From contig CM060732.1 of NCBI GenBank assembly GCA_030704615.1, positions 2,604,001 through 2,668,000 on the forward strand: a DNA stretch of 64,000 bases, given 5' to 3'. Positions 12,127-24,950 of the stretch are shown piece after piece. Both the position numbers and the translations under genes were made by a program. This DNA comes from Takakia lepidozioides. Lineage: Eukaryota; Plantae; Bryophyta. The notes beneath the pieces were generated by a model. That model did not search any database, had not been told where the DNA came from, and was given only the letters and a program-made list of their open reading frames with translations. Every line of letters begins with the position of its first letter. Position 1 is the stretch's first letter.

Positions 12127-15100
12127 ATCACCTCGATGGTTTGCGGAAGAGAAGCCTGCAAAATGGCTCCCAAGACCAACAAACAACAAAACACAAAAAG
12201 AGTGGATTGCCCAAGCATTTTAACAGGTTGAGGTCTTAAGATGCGCCGCTGTATCTTAATGATCAATGAAGGGCACAACAAACGATCACAAGCTGAGTAG
12301 ATCGCCCGCCAACATGAGAGACAACCGCCACAGGGAAATTGAAGGCACTGCCGCCATTGCGCACCCCAAGAGAGGAAGAAAGTACTGGAATCTTGCCAGA
12401 AACCCTGCAGACCTTAATTACGCAACACCATAGTAATCAAAGGCCCTGAATCGGGCTCAATGCGCACTCCGCCACCATCCCTCAGTTCCAGCAAACCTTA
12501 AGCACGATTGTCGTGCAGAAAATTAGGGCAGGGAGGAGATGAAGCTATTTCCCCGCGATTTCATCCGCACGGGATGAGCTCCATCAACAAACGGTTGATA
12601 AAATCCCGATTTTTCATCCCTGTGTCATCCGCCAGGGATGACATCTAGATAGGGATGAAAATCATTTGGCATTCATTAGGATAGAAACCTCATGACCTTA
12701 TAAACCAAAGATCCAAGTAGGGTAATTAACCGAAATTAACCAGATTCGGACGTCATCCGTAAAGTAAGAAATCAGCCGGTATGGCTGAATTCTGTTAAAG
12801 GTAAATCCACCATCTGATGACTTCATCATCAACAGATCATCCAGTATGGACGAAATATCAAGGAAGTTAATTAGGGATTAATTAACATATCTCTGGGTTT
12901 AAACCATCGGGTTTAAAAGAACCAGCCAGATCCATGGAGGGAGGGAGAGAGAGGGAGAGAGAGGGAACCCACCAACCATCCCCCGGTATGGCAGCTCCTC
13001 ATGGAGTGAGTGTGGTATGCACTCGCCCCGTAAGGGAGTGCATACCAGACCCCATCACATAAAGGACCTCCCTCTTCTTTGTAGCTTTTATTTCTGGTTA
13101 CAAAGGAACCATAGAAATAAAAAAAAAGCCTACAATCTCAATTCTCCAAGGTCAAAAAACAAAACAAGCTGTGACAAGCGAAGGTACATCAACACTTACA
13201 TCAAAATGTAGACTTTTAACTTTTACCTTTTAGCTCGCACATAAGCTCTGGTAATGGAAAGAAGAGGCCAATGAAAGAATCCTCAACTCCCAAAGTCAGG
13301 AAGCAACAAACAGGAAATAAACATTTATCAGCCCCTTAGTGTTTATCAGCCCCTTTATTGTTTATCAGCCAAGAATCTGGTTATAGAACCAGTTTTCCCA
13401 AGAGGTATGAATATTTGTTCTTCAGTCATTGGCAGTAATGTACTGCCTATGATTCAAACAAAACATCTTCCAGCAATAAAATAGAATTGGGTATTTTTTA
13501 TGGTGCTATAAAGAGCAAAGCCATAACCAAGAGCGACATAGAAGCATTTGAGCCAAGGACATGGAAGTCATTCTTATCATAAGGTATCTAACTCTGACAT
13601 AAGGCATTGGCTACAGGAGACCAGCAAACGAGAGCAATGTGCATTGACCGGATCATGTATAAGGTGTACACACATACTCCAACACGTTGTCTTACCAGGG
13701 CCTAGCTCAAAGTGCCAGCGTTCAGACGTCCTTTAGATGCTCAATGTTTATCTTAGGTATCATCAAGGATGCCTTATTTTCCATGCCCAATCATCCAATA
13801 TATTTTTGTTGGAGAAGATGATACCTTGGGAAGGAGTTTCTTGCTCCCCACCATGTTCATGGCGGAAGAGGTGGCTGATATCCCATGGCTTTGACCATCT
13901 GCCAAAAACCAACAGGTGTTAGTTCATCCAGTGTCACTCCACTCAAGAATGTGCTAGATCACCATCTCTTATGGCCATAAAAAGGTGTTAGTATGCCATA
14001 TACAGATCTGGAAAAAGAAGGGAGAGTGATTGATAATGTGTACAGACACCACTAAGTACACTGGTCTAAAGAAGAGAGGGAAGATACTATGTCTTGTCGG
14101 GACATGGACAAGACCAAACAAGGTCTTTGTCAAATTAACGACAAATCAGCCTCATAACAAGGCATTATCAATCATCCTTCATTCAAAAACCAGTCTTAAA
14201 AAGGCATACATCTGATTTCAAAGTAAATGAAATGAATGGGTGGGGGGGGGGGGGGGGGGGGAATGGGATTTCATAAAGAAACCCCCCTATATAAATCAGC
14301 TTTATATTCAGCAAAACAGGGACCCAAACAAGTGTTACATGTTTGGGTATGTTTCATATGGAATATTTACAACTGTGCATAGCAAGAATAAGTGTTCAGC
14401 TTGCCACCCTCGATTACATCGAAAGCCTGGAAAAGAAGTTCCAGCTTTGTTTTGTTTAACACCTTCACCATATCAGAGCTGCAGACATTTTCTAAGCAAA
14501 TTACACACTAGGGTATAACCAGATACCTTGTTTTTTGTCCCACGACCTGGTTTAGGTCTGGGGCTAGTGTATAAATGCGTTAACAAGGTGTTGAATAGCA
14601 AGCAAGTATTCAGATTGCTACAATTACCACCAATGTCTACATTGCACGCTGGAAAACGAATTCCAGTCTGTTTTGGTAACACAAACACCATATTAAAATT
14701 GCAGATATTTTTCTAATCAGTTTACCATCATAGAGTAGTATCACGGGGTCTGAATTGTTCATTCCAACAGGCTAGTAAGCTGCCACGGCATATTTATCCT
14801 AAGGCAACATGAACACAGGGCCTGAATCAACTTCTTAACAGCCAGCAAGTGCTTACCACCATGGACATTGTCCATTAAAAAAGCCAAGCATCCAGGGGCT
14901 TGTAACCAAAGACATTATCTGGTCGAAGAAGAGCCACCCTACAATTTTGCATGGCACCAAATGTCCTAAAACAGCCTGCTCGTAACAGAATCCAGGCTTT
15001 CCAAGGTTTACAATAAAGGACACTGTTTGGTCAAAAAACAGAGCTTCCCCACTTTGCTGCTTGGTACTAGATATCTTAAAACAGCCAGCTCGTCATATAA

Positions 15101-15466
15101 TTGCTCCGGTGTCACAACAGAAGGCCACAGGGAACAAGAGAGAAATATCCTAATGAATCGTTGTCCACCATAGAAGGTTAAGAACAAAGGCCAGAAAGAT
15201 CAATGCAAAGAGGCAGAAAGAGGTCTTCTCCCCCAAAGATACAGAAGTTGCGGCGTCGCATCAGTAGCTCGATTTCATTCAACTTCAAGCTCAAAGAATC
15301 ATATTAAGTGAGGACCCTCACCTGGTCCCATCACAAGCCCCCACAAAAACCGACAGGTTAGTAAGGATTGTGGAACCCCAGGTGAATCACAGGTCTCACG
15401 CTTGTTATCGCTGTACAACATGCATTCCAAAGCAGGAGTAGAAAGAAATCAGAGCATAAACAAGCC
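12127..15466. repeat. Non-coding 3.3-kb unit H, one complete permuted copy
   Basis: Reverse complement of the sequence in 55582-59176 and of 20503-21555; no convincing ORF; poly-G at about 14242 and a TTTATCAGCCCC triple repeat at about 13324-13370. Confidence 0.8.
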
Positions 15467-15477
15467 GGTAATGTCGC

Positions 15478-18171
15478 AGGTAATGTCGAATGCGAAGGAG
15501 CAAGTCGTAATGCACACAAATTCGTTCGGCTTGTACGTCAAATGGGATGGAACACAAACATTGGAAGACTACGTGACACGTTTCAGATGTGCGTACAAGG
15601 ACAACCTCTTCGCCAGAGAGCTACAGACAGCAAGAAGGAGCGTGGAGTTTACACATCAGGAGGGAGCGGGGAAAGCTGCAATGCGAATTGTTTACAGGTG
15701 AAGCACAGGTGCCCTTGTATGCGAAGCCTGGTTACGAGGTTTGTCTCGGAAATGCGGCACCGCATTCGCATTTTATGTTTTCGGTGGCACTCTGTGAGTA
15801 GGTTCGTCCAATCTTATGCTCACGCATGCTGATTGCCTTGCAGGTATATGAAATACGTGCTCCTTCAGACAGGGGCCCTGGCTCAAGAGCCCCCGTTCTT
15901 CATGGCTTGGACCGTGGCGGGCCCAAGCTGTGTCTACACACCCGAGATGCAGAAACAATGGCATCCCGCGCATCTCGTTGGATGCCCCTGGTACCTGGAT
16001 ATGTCCGGCGGTATTGTTGACGAGTCTGAGAAAGATCTGCACGCCTTGGCAGAAGAGAAGCGAAAGGAAAGACGTGTCCCTGCTGGGCCAAAGTCGGCAA
16101 AGGAATCTGCTGCTCTGGAAGAATCCAGAAAGGCAGCTGAGATGGCACAAAAGACGGTGGATGCAGCTGTGCAGGCCCAACAGAAGGGGTTGAAGAAGAG
16201 GACTCGCCAGCAAGGAGCAGCTATTGTGACACCCGCCAAAACGAAGAAGCAGAAACAGCATGTTCAGGAAGAGGGTGAGGAAGAGGACTCCGATGGAGAC
16301 TTTGCAACTAGCCCACCCCCCCAAACGCAGGCTGCCTCCCCTGTGCCCACCGTTGTCACGAGATGCACGAGAACTGGCTCGGCAAAGAAGGCACTCTTCA
16401 ACCCCCAGGGGGGCACCCTTTCGAGCCGGTGGAAATGAAGAGGCCGAAAGTGGCTCCCGAAACAGTAGTCCAGTGTGTAAATGAGAGTTTCTTGGCGGCT
16501 TTGGATGGACGGGCAGCCAAGTTGGCATACATGAAGACCATGGAGGGTCTGAAGGGCAGAGCACTGAAGAAGGCAACTGCCGAAGAGCCTTCCGACACCC
16601 CAGGATTTCAGAATATGGTCTCCTTCTTTGAGAGGGTGTGTGCAGACAAGGATTGTAGGAGGGGCGGAAATGCCACCGAGTGGTCTTGCGATATGATTAT
16701 CTTGGATATTCCGGACGGAGAGCCTGTGGAAGGACTGCAAGGTTTGCCATCTTGGAACAGGTACTCGGAGGACTTTTGGAAGAAAGGATTCGGGCTTGCC
16801 CGCATGGTGTTGGATGACAGAGGCTGTGTGGTTGTCCTGGCGAGCAGAGGAAAAAACACTCAGACAGGAATTGCGAAGTGGACCCGCAAGAGCGCCGTCC
16901 CGATTCTGAAAAAGAAGTGGACGTGCATCAACACACTGGGCCTTCGGTCGGAAGGGAAGAAGGTGATTACGACACTGGCACTCGTCCATTCATTTGCTTG
17001 GGTGTTTTCAAATGCGGTGCCGCATTCGGTTTCTAATCGTTCCCCCCTGTGTATGCAGACGAAGCAGTTCGATGCATACTGCTTTGTGAAGGAGAACTCC
17101 ACCTTTGCTTTCCGGAAGGAGGGAGAAAAGGTTGACCCGAACTGCGACCCCCTCGATTACGACGTTCTGTTCAACAACATTCCCAAGGAACTTCTCCCTC
17201 ATAGCCTCACTTCAACGGAACCCCTGCGGTACTCACGGACTCGGAGCCCTGCCTTCATTCAGACAATTATGGAGACATGCACAGGCGTGGAGGGCACAGT
17301 GCTCGACCTCATCTGTGGGACAGGTATGCAGAATCTTGATCTATGCTGTTCTGCAAATTCTCGTTAGGATGTAGTTCGCAACATCTGAAGCGCCATGTTG
17401 TAATGTGTGGATGGCATTGTAACAGGTGCCTCAATGTGGGCTGGGCGGTTTTCCGACCGGCACCTCTTTGCCTACGAGGAGGATTCATCCGTTTGGGGAT
17501 CCCATCTGGAAGGGCTGCAACGGAATGTTAAGGCTCCCAACAGAGCGGAAGTCTCCTCGGATTCATCGGAGTCCGAGGAAGACACAGTGGACATTGATGC
17601 GGAGGAGAACCCGGAATACGAGTGAGTGCAAACATTGTAAGTTTGCAAAGCCTTCTGGGTCATTTTTGTCAAACGAATTTCCGGACTGTGGTTCTCATTA
17701 GTCTCGTTGATGATTGTCATGTGCAGGATTGCAGGGTCCGGGTCGAAACATGTAGGGCCTACACTTCCTGCCAAGAAGAATGTCCCGTTCTTTGCGAGGG
17801 CCGACTTCATGACGAGCCCGGTGAGGGACTACTCCCTTCCTAGTTATGCAGCTAAACTCGCAAATACAGCGATTAGAAGAAGTGAGAATCCCAGTAAAGT
17901 AGAGCAGATTTTGGAGAGGGCTAGGGAGGACAGAAGGATAAGGAAAGAGTTGGCAGCAGCTCAGACAGGTAGACGGGTACGAAAGTACATATGGGATTCA
18001 GCGGATGAGAGCGACGCAGACAGGGAGGAAGACGACCCAACGGAGGTGAGATGGACAGTTCCGCAAGGGGAAGATGGGATTTTTGAAAGCCTGGCCAACG
18101 AGCAGTCCGCTGGAGATGAGAAAGGCAATGAGGGGGGTGGAGGCGGAGCAGGACAGTCTAGAACAGGATGA
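15478..18171 (+). pseudogene. MULE-A ParB-MTase cargo gene, 3' half (best copy of the methyltransferase domain)
   Basis: GT-AG introns at about 15699-15843, 16963-17058, 17324-17425 and 17622-17726 splice in frame: ...CDMIILDIPDG...EGKK|TKQFDAYCF...RSPAFIQTIMETCTGVEGTVLDLICGT|GASMWAGRFSDRHLFAYEED...YE|IAGSG...; one frameshift near 16400. Confidence 0.8.
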
Positions 18172-18334
18172 GGATTCGGATGATTTTCAAGATTAATAGA
18201 ATTTTAATGAAGTCTCTGTAAATGTAAATTCTCTTCCAGAGTATATAAGGAAATTCTCCCCGACATTCGTGACCCCTCTCCAGTGTGCATTCCAGCCACA
18301 CAATCGCCCAAACCACACGACGCTCCAAAATCAG

Positions 18335-19070
18335 AAAGGGCACCGCATTTCCAAAATTTTTGGCACTCTAAAAACCTCTTTTGGAAATGCGGCCCGCATT
18401 TCCAAACAGGGGAGGGACTAAATTTTCCATTTCAATGTTGGCATAGTAAAAAGTAATCGGCCGATTGGAAATGCGGTGCCGCATTTCCAAAATTTCCTTT
18501 GTCCACACGCCAGTTTTGGCCTCTCCCGCTCATTGCATGGATGCCACCACGCTTACAGAGGTCGAACAAGGAGGTCGAGATGGCGAATTGGAAATGCGGT
18601 GCCGCATTTCCATATTGGGGATGGTCTTTCTTCGAACTGCAGGCCCATCAGCAAAAATTGGCACCGCATTCCATTGTCAAAAAAAAGTCGATGACGGACA
18701 TGGAAATGCGGCGCCGCATTTCCAGAATGACATCGCAATTTTGTCCATTTGCAGACCCACTCAAACGGAAATGCGGTAACGCATTCCCTCGCTCTGGTCG
18801 GAAAATGTCACACTTTTTTTCGAAGTGTTGGACGGAAATGCGGCAACCGCATTCCCTTGTCCAAAAAGAAGTTCCATTGCCAACTGGAAATGCGTCGCTG
18901 GCATTTGCAATTGCCAACCTCGTTGTCTGTTCCAATTTATAGACCCGTGTTGGGTATTTCGTTGTACCTGGACGGAATGATGCACCGCATTCCATTGTCC
19001 GACACTGAAATGCGGTTCATACATTTCCATGTCGGCATTGAAATGCGGTGCCGCATTTCAATGTCCGACA
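18335..19070. repeat. A-type palindrome cluster (inverted copy of 990-1750)
   Basis: Repeated GGAAATGCGGTGCCGCATTTCC; reverse complement of about 980-1750. Confidence 0.85.
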
Positions 19071-19153
19071 TGGCGTTACTCTGGTATATTCTTGACACAT
19101 GACTCTCATACCGGTTACTCTGGTATATTCATCCGGACAGACAAATTGTAGAA

Positions 19154-19372
19154 ATGAGCAGCGCGGTGGCTGGAAAAAGTTCAAAGCTAACGCTGCAATT
19201 CCTCCACAAACCTCTCCAGGGCACATTTAAATTTCCCCCTACAGGATCCTGGACCGATGAAGATGGCTGCCTGCATGAATGTAGCCGTTTCAGTTCCTAC
19301 CACCCTGCCATGCAAACTATGGGCAGTCACTGCCAGGTGGGGCCGATAGCCACTGGACACGACGAAGTCCAT
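19154..19372 (-). pseudogene. 5' fragment of cargo gene Y (body deleted)
   Basis: MDFVVSSGYRPHLAV...GKFKCAL; matches 53880-54089; the segment equivalent to about 100-900 is missing. Confidence 0.65.
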
Positions 19373-19526
19373 CCCCTCTTCGATGTAAATGCGGCCATCT
19401 CCATCAACCAGAGACAGCCCTCGAGCACGTACACACAGTCCGCCACGAAACTCTCAACGTCAGAAAGGTGCTCACTCACAAAGGTTTGCTAATCGCAATC
19501 AGTAAACCGTTAGGACACGGCTTTTT

Positions 19527-20502
19527 GATGGGGGAAGGGGTAATGTTAGTCTGGGACTTAGACACTTATACGGGATCTGTAGGGTACCCTTTAGTTTTTG
19601 CACGGACTGAGACCAACAGGAGCCTTAGGGATGACAGCAGCGCACTGTAGAGGGGGGTTACACAGCCCGTCACAGCCCACAAGCCCACACAGCCCGTCAC
19701 AGTCGTCACAGCCCACACAGCCAACACAGCCCGTCACAGCCCACACAGCCCACACAGCCCGTCACAGTCGTCACAGCCGACACAGCTAACACAGCCCGTC
19801 ACAGTCGCACAGCCAGTCACAAGCCTGTCACAGTTTCACACAGCCAGTCACAGCTTGACACAGCTGTCACGACCATAGGGAACGGAGAGCAGGACAGGGA
19901 ACGACTGTGGGGAACAACACCTGCAAATGGAACATGTTAGTTCACGGACGACGGTTAGTGAGGAAAACGGTTAGAGCCACGGGTAGGAAGATAAAGGGAG
20001 AAGCAAGGACGGGGAAGGGGGGATTCTGGGAAGCACTTGGGGGGGAGGACTTCTGGGTCATGCATGAGAGGAAGATCGGAAGCCAAGATGGAGAGCGCGA
20101 TGAAGGAGGAACGAGGATTAGTAGATGCTTGTTATATGCAAAGCGGTATAGTAGAGCAGATTAGAGACACAATGGCTTCGGCCTGATACCTGATAAATCC
20201 TAATCGGATACTTATACGATAATCACACTGTGTAGAGAGATCTGAGTGAAGCTGTGGAATGAATGGATGAGTTGATGGAATCCAATAGATTGATAAAGCA
20301 AACTGATACTTAATTATCAATGGTAAGGTAGCTAACATGAATGCCAAAAGGGAAACAAATAGGAAACACCCCCATGATACACTAGCTGTAGGTCATGACT
20401 GATTGTTCTGCGCGGGCTGAGTACTTAGAGATTTCCAACTCTTCTATCTTGGAGTTTCCGCCTCGGATAGCGAAGGGATAGGTGAGTAAAAGCAGTGCGA
20501 CA
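19527..20502 (+). repeat. Polypurine tract (GATGGGGGAAGGGG) and 3' LTR (19544-20502) of gypsy family 1, followed by TSD GTGAT
   Basis: TGTTAG...GCGACA, reverse complement of 11163-12126; PPT immediately upstream. Confidence 0.88.
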
Positions 20503-21555
20503 GTGATGGCTTGTTTATGCTCTGATTTCTTTCTACTCCTGCTTTGGAATGCTTGTTGTACAGCGATAACAAGCGTGAGACCTGTGATTCACCTGGGGTT
20601 CCACAATCCTTACTAACCTGTCGGTTTTTTGTGGGGCTTTGATGGGACCAGGTGAGGGTCCTCACTTAATATGATTCTTTGAGCTTGAAGTTGAATGAAA
20701 TCGAGCTACTGATGCGACGCCGCAACTTCTGTATCTTTGGGGGAGAAGATCTCTTTCTGCCTCTTTGCATTGATCTTTCTGGCCTTTGTTCTTAACCTTC
20801 TATGGTGGACAACGATTCATTAGGATATTTCTCTCTTGTTCCCTGTGGCCTTCTGTTGTGACACCGGAGCAATTATATGACGAGCTGGTTGTTTTAAGAT
20901 ATCTAGTACCAAGCAGCAAAGTGGGGAAGCTCTGTTTTTTGACCAAACAGTGTCCTTTATTGTAAACCTTGGAAAGCCTGGATTCTGTTACGAGCAGGCT
21001 GTTTTAGGACATTTGGTGCCATGCAAAATTGTAGGGTGGCTCTTCTTCGACCAGATAATGTCTTTGGTTACAAGCCCCTGGATGCTTGGCTTTTTTAATG
21101 GACAATGTCCATGGTGGTAAGCACTTGCTGGCTGTTAAGAAGTTGATTCAGGCCCTGTGTTCATGTTGCCTTAGGATAAATATGCCGTGGCAGCTTACTA
21201 GCCTGTTGGAATGAACAATTCAGACCCCGTGATACTACTCTATGATGGTAAACTGATTAGAAAAATATCTGCAATTTTAATATGGTGTTTGTGTTACCAA
21301 AACAGACTGGAATTCGTTTTCCAGCGTGCAATGTAGACATTGGTGGTAATTGTAGCAATCTGAATACTTGCTTGCTATTCAACACCTTGTTAACGCATTT
21401 ATACACTAGCCCCAGACCTAAACCAGGTCGTGGGACAAAAAACAAGGTATCTGGTTATACCCTAGTGGGTAATTTGCTTAGAAAATGTCTGCAGCTCTGA
21501 TATGGTGAAGGTGTTAAACAAAACAAAGCTGGAACTTCTTTTCCAGGCTTTCAAT
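20503..21555. repeat. Partial copy of unit H
   Basis: Reverse complement of about 14420-15466; direct match to about 56490-57515. Confidence 0.85.
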
Positions 21556-24500
21556 ATTCAGAAATCCTGGGGTGTCGGAAGGCTCTTCGGCAGTCGCCTT
21601 CTTCAGTGCTCTGCCCTTCAGACCCTCCATGGTCTTCATGTATGCCAACTTGGCTGCCCGTCCATCCAAAGCCGCCAAGAAACTCTCATTTACACACTGG
21701 ACTACTGTTTCGGGAGCCACTTTCGGCCTCTTCATTTCCACCGGCTCGAAAGGGTGCCCCCTGGGGGGTTGAAGAGTGCCTTCTTTGCCGAGCCAGTTCT
21801 CGTGCCTCTCGTGACAACGGTGGGCACAGGGGAGGCAGCCTGTTTGGGGGGGGGTGGGCTGGTTGCAAAGTCTCCATCGGAGTCCTCTTCCTCACCCTCT
21901 TCCTGAACAGGCTGTTTCTGCTTCTTTGTTTTGGCGGGTGTCACAACAGCTGCTCCTTGCTGGCGAGTCCTCTTCTTCGACCCTTCTGTTGGGCCTGCAC
22001 AGCTGCATCCACCGTCTTTTGTGCCATCTCAGCTGCCTTTCTGGATTCTTCCAGAGCAGCAGATTCCTTTGCCGACTTTGGCCCAGCAGGGGGACGTCTT
22101 TCCTTTCTCTTCTCTTCTGCCAAGGCGTGCAGATCTTTCTCAGACTCGTCAACAATACCGCCAGACATATCCAGGTACCAGGGGCATCCAACGAGATGCG
22201 CGGGATGCCATTGTTTCTGCATCTCGGGTGTGTAGACACAGCTTGGGCCCGCCACGGTCCAAGCCATGAAGAACGGGGGCTCTTGAGCCAGGGCCCCTGT
22301 CTGAAGGAGCACGTATTTCATATACCTGCAGGGCAGTCAGCATGCGTGAGCATAAGATTGGACGAACCTACTCGCAGAGTGCCACCAAAAACATAAAATG
22401 CGAATGCGGTGCCGCATTTCCGAGACAAACCTCGTAACCAGGCTTCGCATACAAGGGCAGCTGTGCTTCACCTGTAAACAATTCGCATTGCAGCTTTCCC
22501 CGCTCCCTCCTGATGTGTAAACTCCACGCTCCTTCTTGCTGTCTGTAGCTCTCTGGCGAAAAGGTTGTCCTTGTACGCACATCTGAAACGTGTCACGTAG
22601 TCTTTCAATGTCTGTGTTCCATCCCATTTGACGTACAAGCCGAACGAATTTGTGTGCATTACGACTTGCTCCTTCGCATTCGACATTACCTGCGATTCCC
22701 ATATGCATTGTCACGTAGCAGTTCAGGGAATTCATTTCAGAAAAGCAAATCTGGGGAAGTACCTTGAATTACCTGGAACCACCAAGTCATGCGGTTGAGC
22801 CACACATCCACTACAGGGTCGGAAACTTCCAGTGGAAAAGACCACATTGTCCTTATGCTCTCGGATGCATTCCAGATCGACAGCCACCGTGTCTGCCATT
22901 TCCGATCCAATGTCAGGAGCTGGAAGAGAGTGGCTATTGCTAGGAAGGAACTTCAGTGCATTGAAACCTCACCTTCTCTTTCGCCTCAACACATGCCGTT
23001 GAGAGGTGATGCAATTTCTCCAATTGCATGGTCGGCTGCATGGCCCGAGAATAGTGTTTTGCAATCTCGGGGATGAAGTCCTTTCCAAGTGCCGGATCTG
23101 CAATTGCCACCAGCTTCACAAGCTTTGACTTATATTTGGTTCTGGACTTGACACCGGCTTCCTTCAAGTGCTCAGTCAATGACTGCAACGTTTTCACCTG
23201 CCCCTCACTTTCCATGAAGAAGCGTTTGGCATGGGCCAAATCCAGCTTGATGTTTGACTGCCAACAAAAACATGCAGAAGCGTTACATTCGATTCATGTG
23301 GAAAGATTACTGGAAATTTCAATCTGAAGGATGAGCAGAGGGAAATCGGAGGACAACTTACTTCGTATATCACCTCCACCATTCCATCCATAGTGAGACG
23401 ATACCATGTCCGGTCAGTTTTTGCCACGGCTTTCTGAATGAGCTCGGGCTCCAGCATTTCCGCGAACATGTGCGGATCAGTGAGACCAGTTTTCCTCACC
23501 CTGTACAGCATATGTGCCATGTGGGTATGCACGTACGCATTTTCAGTGACCCTGCAAGGCACACTCTCCAGTTCAGTCCACGAAAGCACGGAAACAAAAC
23601 AGATTGGAAACCGAAATGCGGCACCGCATTTCGAACGTGCTTGAGAGGGTATGAGTATCTTACGAGTTGAGGTCCGCCATGGCATCTTGAGCAAGGAGGA
23701 GACTGCCGCCTTCACCTTGAGGATGACACACTCCACCATGTAATGCCAGCCAATGTGCTTGGCATGGTTCTGCTTGATGTACTCCCACCAGGCGAGAAGT
23801 CGGTGATTCCCGTCCCACACAAAGAACATTTTACCCGACATATGGCCGAAGTCTGGATCACCCTTCAGCGTCGCCTCGAATTCGTTGTTGCAAGTGTGCC
23901 AGTGGGTATCCCACGTTGACAATTCATCGGCAGTGGGTCCACGAGTTTCGCCGTCCTCATTCTCAATGGAAACGTAAAACGCTGCCGATCCCAGACGGTA
24001 CCCTTCTCGAAATGCGAACTTGAGCTTATCCACATCTCCGGGAAGGGCCTGCCTGACGATGGGAAGGGGAGACCATGCGACAGAGTGGGATTCGAAGAGT
24101 CCGCTGGAATACCCTGCTGCCCAGAACTCTGCCAATGCTACTGTGTGTCTCCTCCAACATTTTATCGCTGCACTTTTGAAATCCTCCGGAGACATGTCTG
24201 TAGGTGCCGGTAGTGGCTGAGCAGCTGGAGCATCCTCAACTGGAGCTGCACTCTGGGGCCTGTATGCGGGCAATTTTGCCATTGCAGAGGCCTCCTCCGG
24301 GCCTGCTTGCTCATCGGTGGTGAGGTCTTGCTGCGAACGTTGAGCAGCACCCTCCTCCGGTACCAAATCGACAGAGAAACGGTCGATCCCATTGCCTTCG
24401 CTGCAGCAGAGTCGGGCCCCAACATCTGCAGGCGGGAAATCCTCCAGGAACTGAGCTTCAGCTCGTGGAAGCGGTTTTTGCGGGAGATTGTTCGGCCGTC

Positions 24501-24950
24501 GCCCTGATTGCCTTCTGCTTCCTCATCCTTGCAGGTGAAGGTGTCTGCTGCAATTGAATCTGTCTTTTACCCTGCTGCTTCATTCGCGTTGGGGGGGGTG
24601 AAGCGGCCTGAGCCGGTTCAGAAACCAGTAGAGGGACGGGCTGCTTCTTTTCGACTTTGCTGGAGAAGGGCCCGACCCCTGCTGGCGATTCTCCATGACC
24701 GAAGAACGCGAGTCGATCTCTGGGGCTTTGAACTTGCCCTTCGAAGCGCGTCTTTGAAACGCACAGGGCTAGGCCCGGCAGGAATACCGCGCTCGGGGAT
24801 CGGGTGGGTGTACGTGCTGCAGCTAGCTCCTCGGACTCTTCCTGCGGCTCTTCGGATTCCTGCGATCCCTCCAGCACGTCCACCTTTCCTGTTAGGCATG
24901 CAAACATGTTCTGCATTCAAGTCTCCTAGCATTCAGTCTAAGAATTACAG
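21556..24950 (-). pseudogene. MULE-A ParB-MTase cargo gene, 5' two-thirds with ParB/Srx-like domain; truncated just before the MTase domain
   Basis: IVRQALPGDVDKLKFAFREGY...FYVS...MFFVWDGNHRLLAW (ORF 23194..24366); GT-AG introns at about 23552-23661, 23258-23361 and 22691-22772; overlaps copies 1 and 2 over more than 1 kb; start codon uncertain. Confidence 0.75.

Noticed and set aside
11815-12239. ORFs over the ACACAGCC repeat (also 19598-19789 and 46784-47167)
   Set aside because: Low-complexity tract inside the LTR
23194-24366. Bacterial or phage contamination suggested by the ParB/MTase motifs
   Set aside because: The gene has several spliceosomal introns and is interleaved with plant LTR elements
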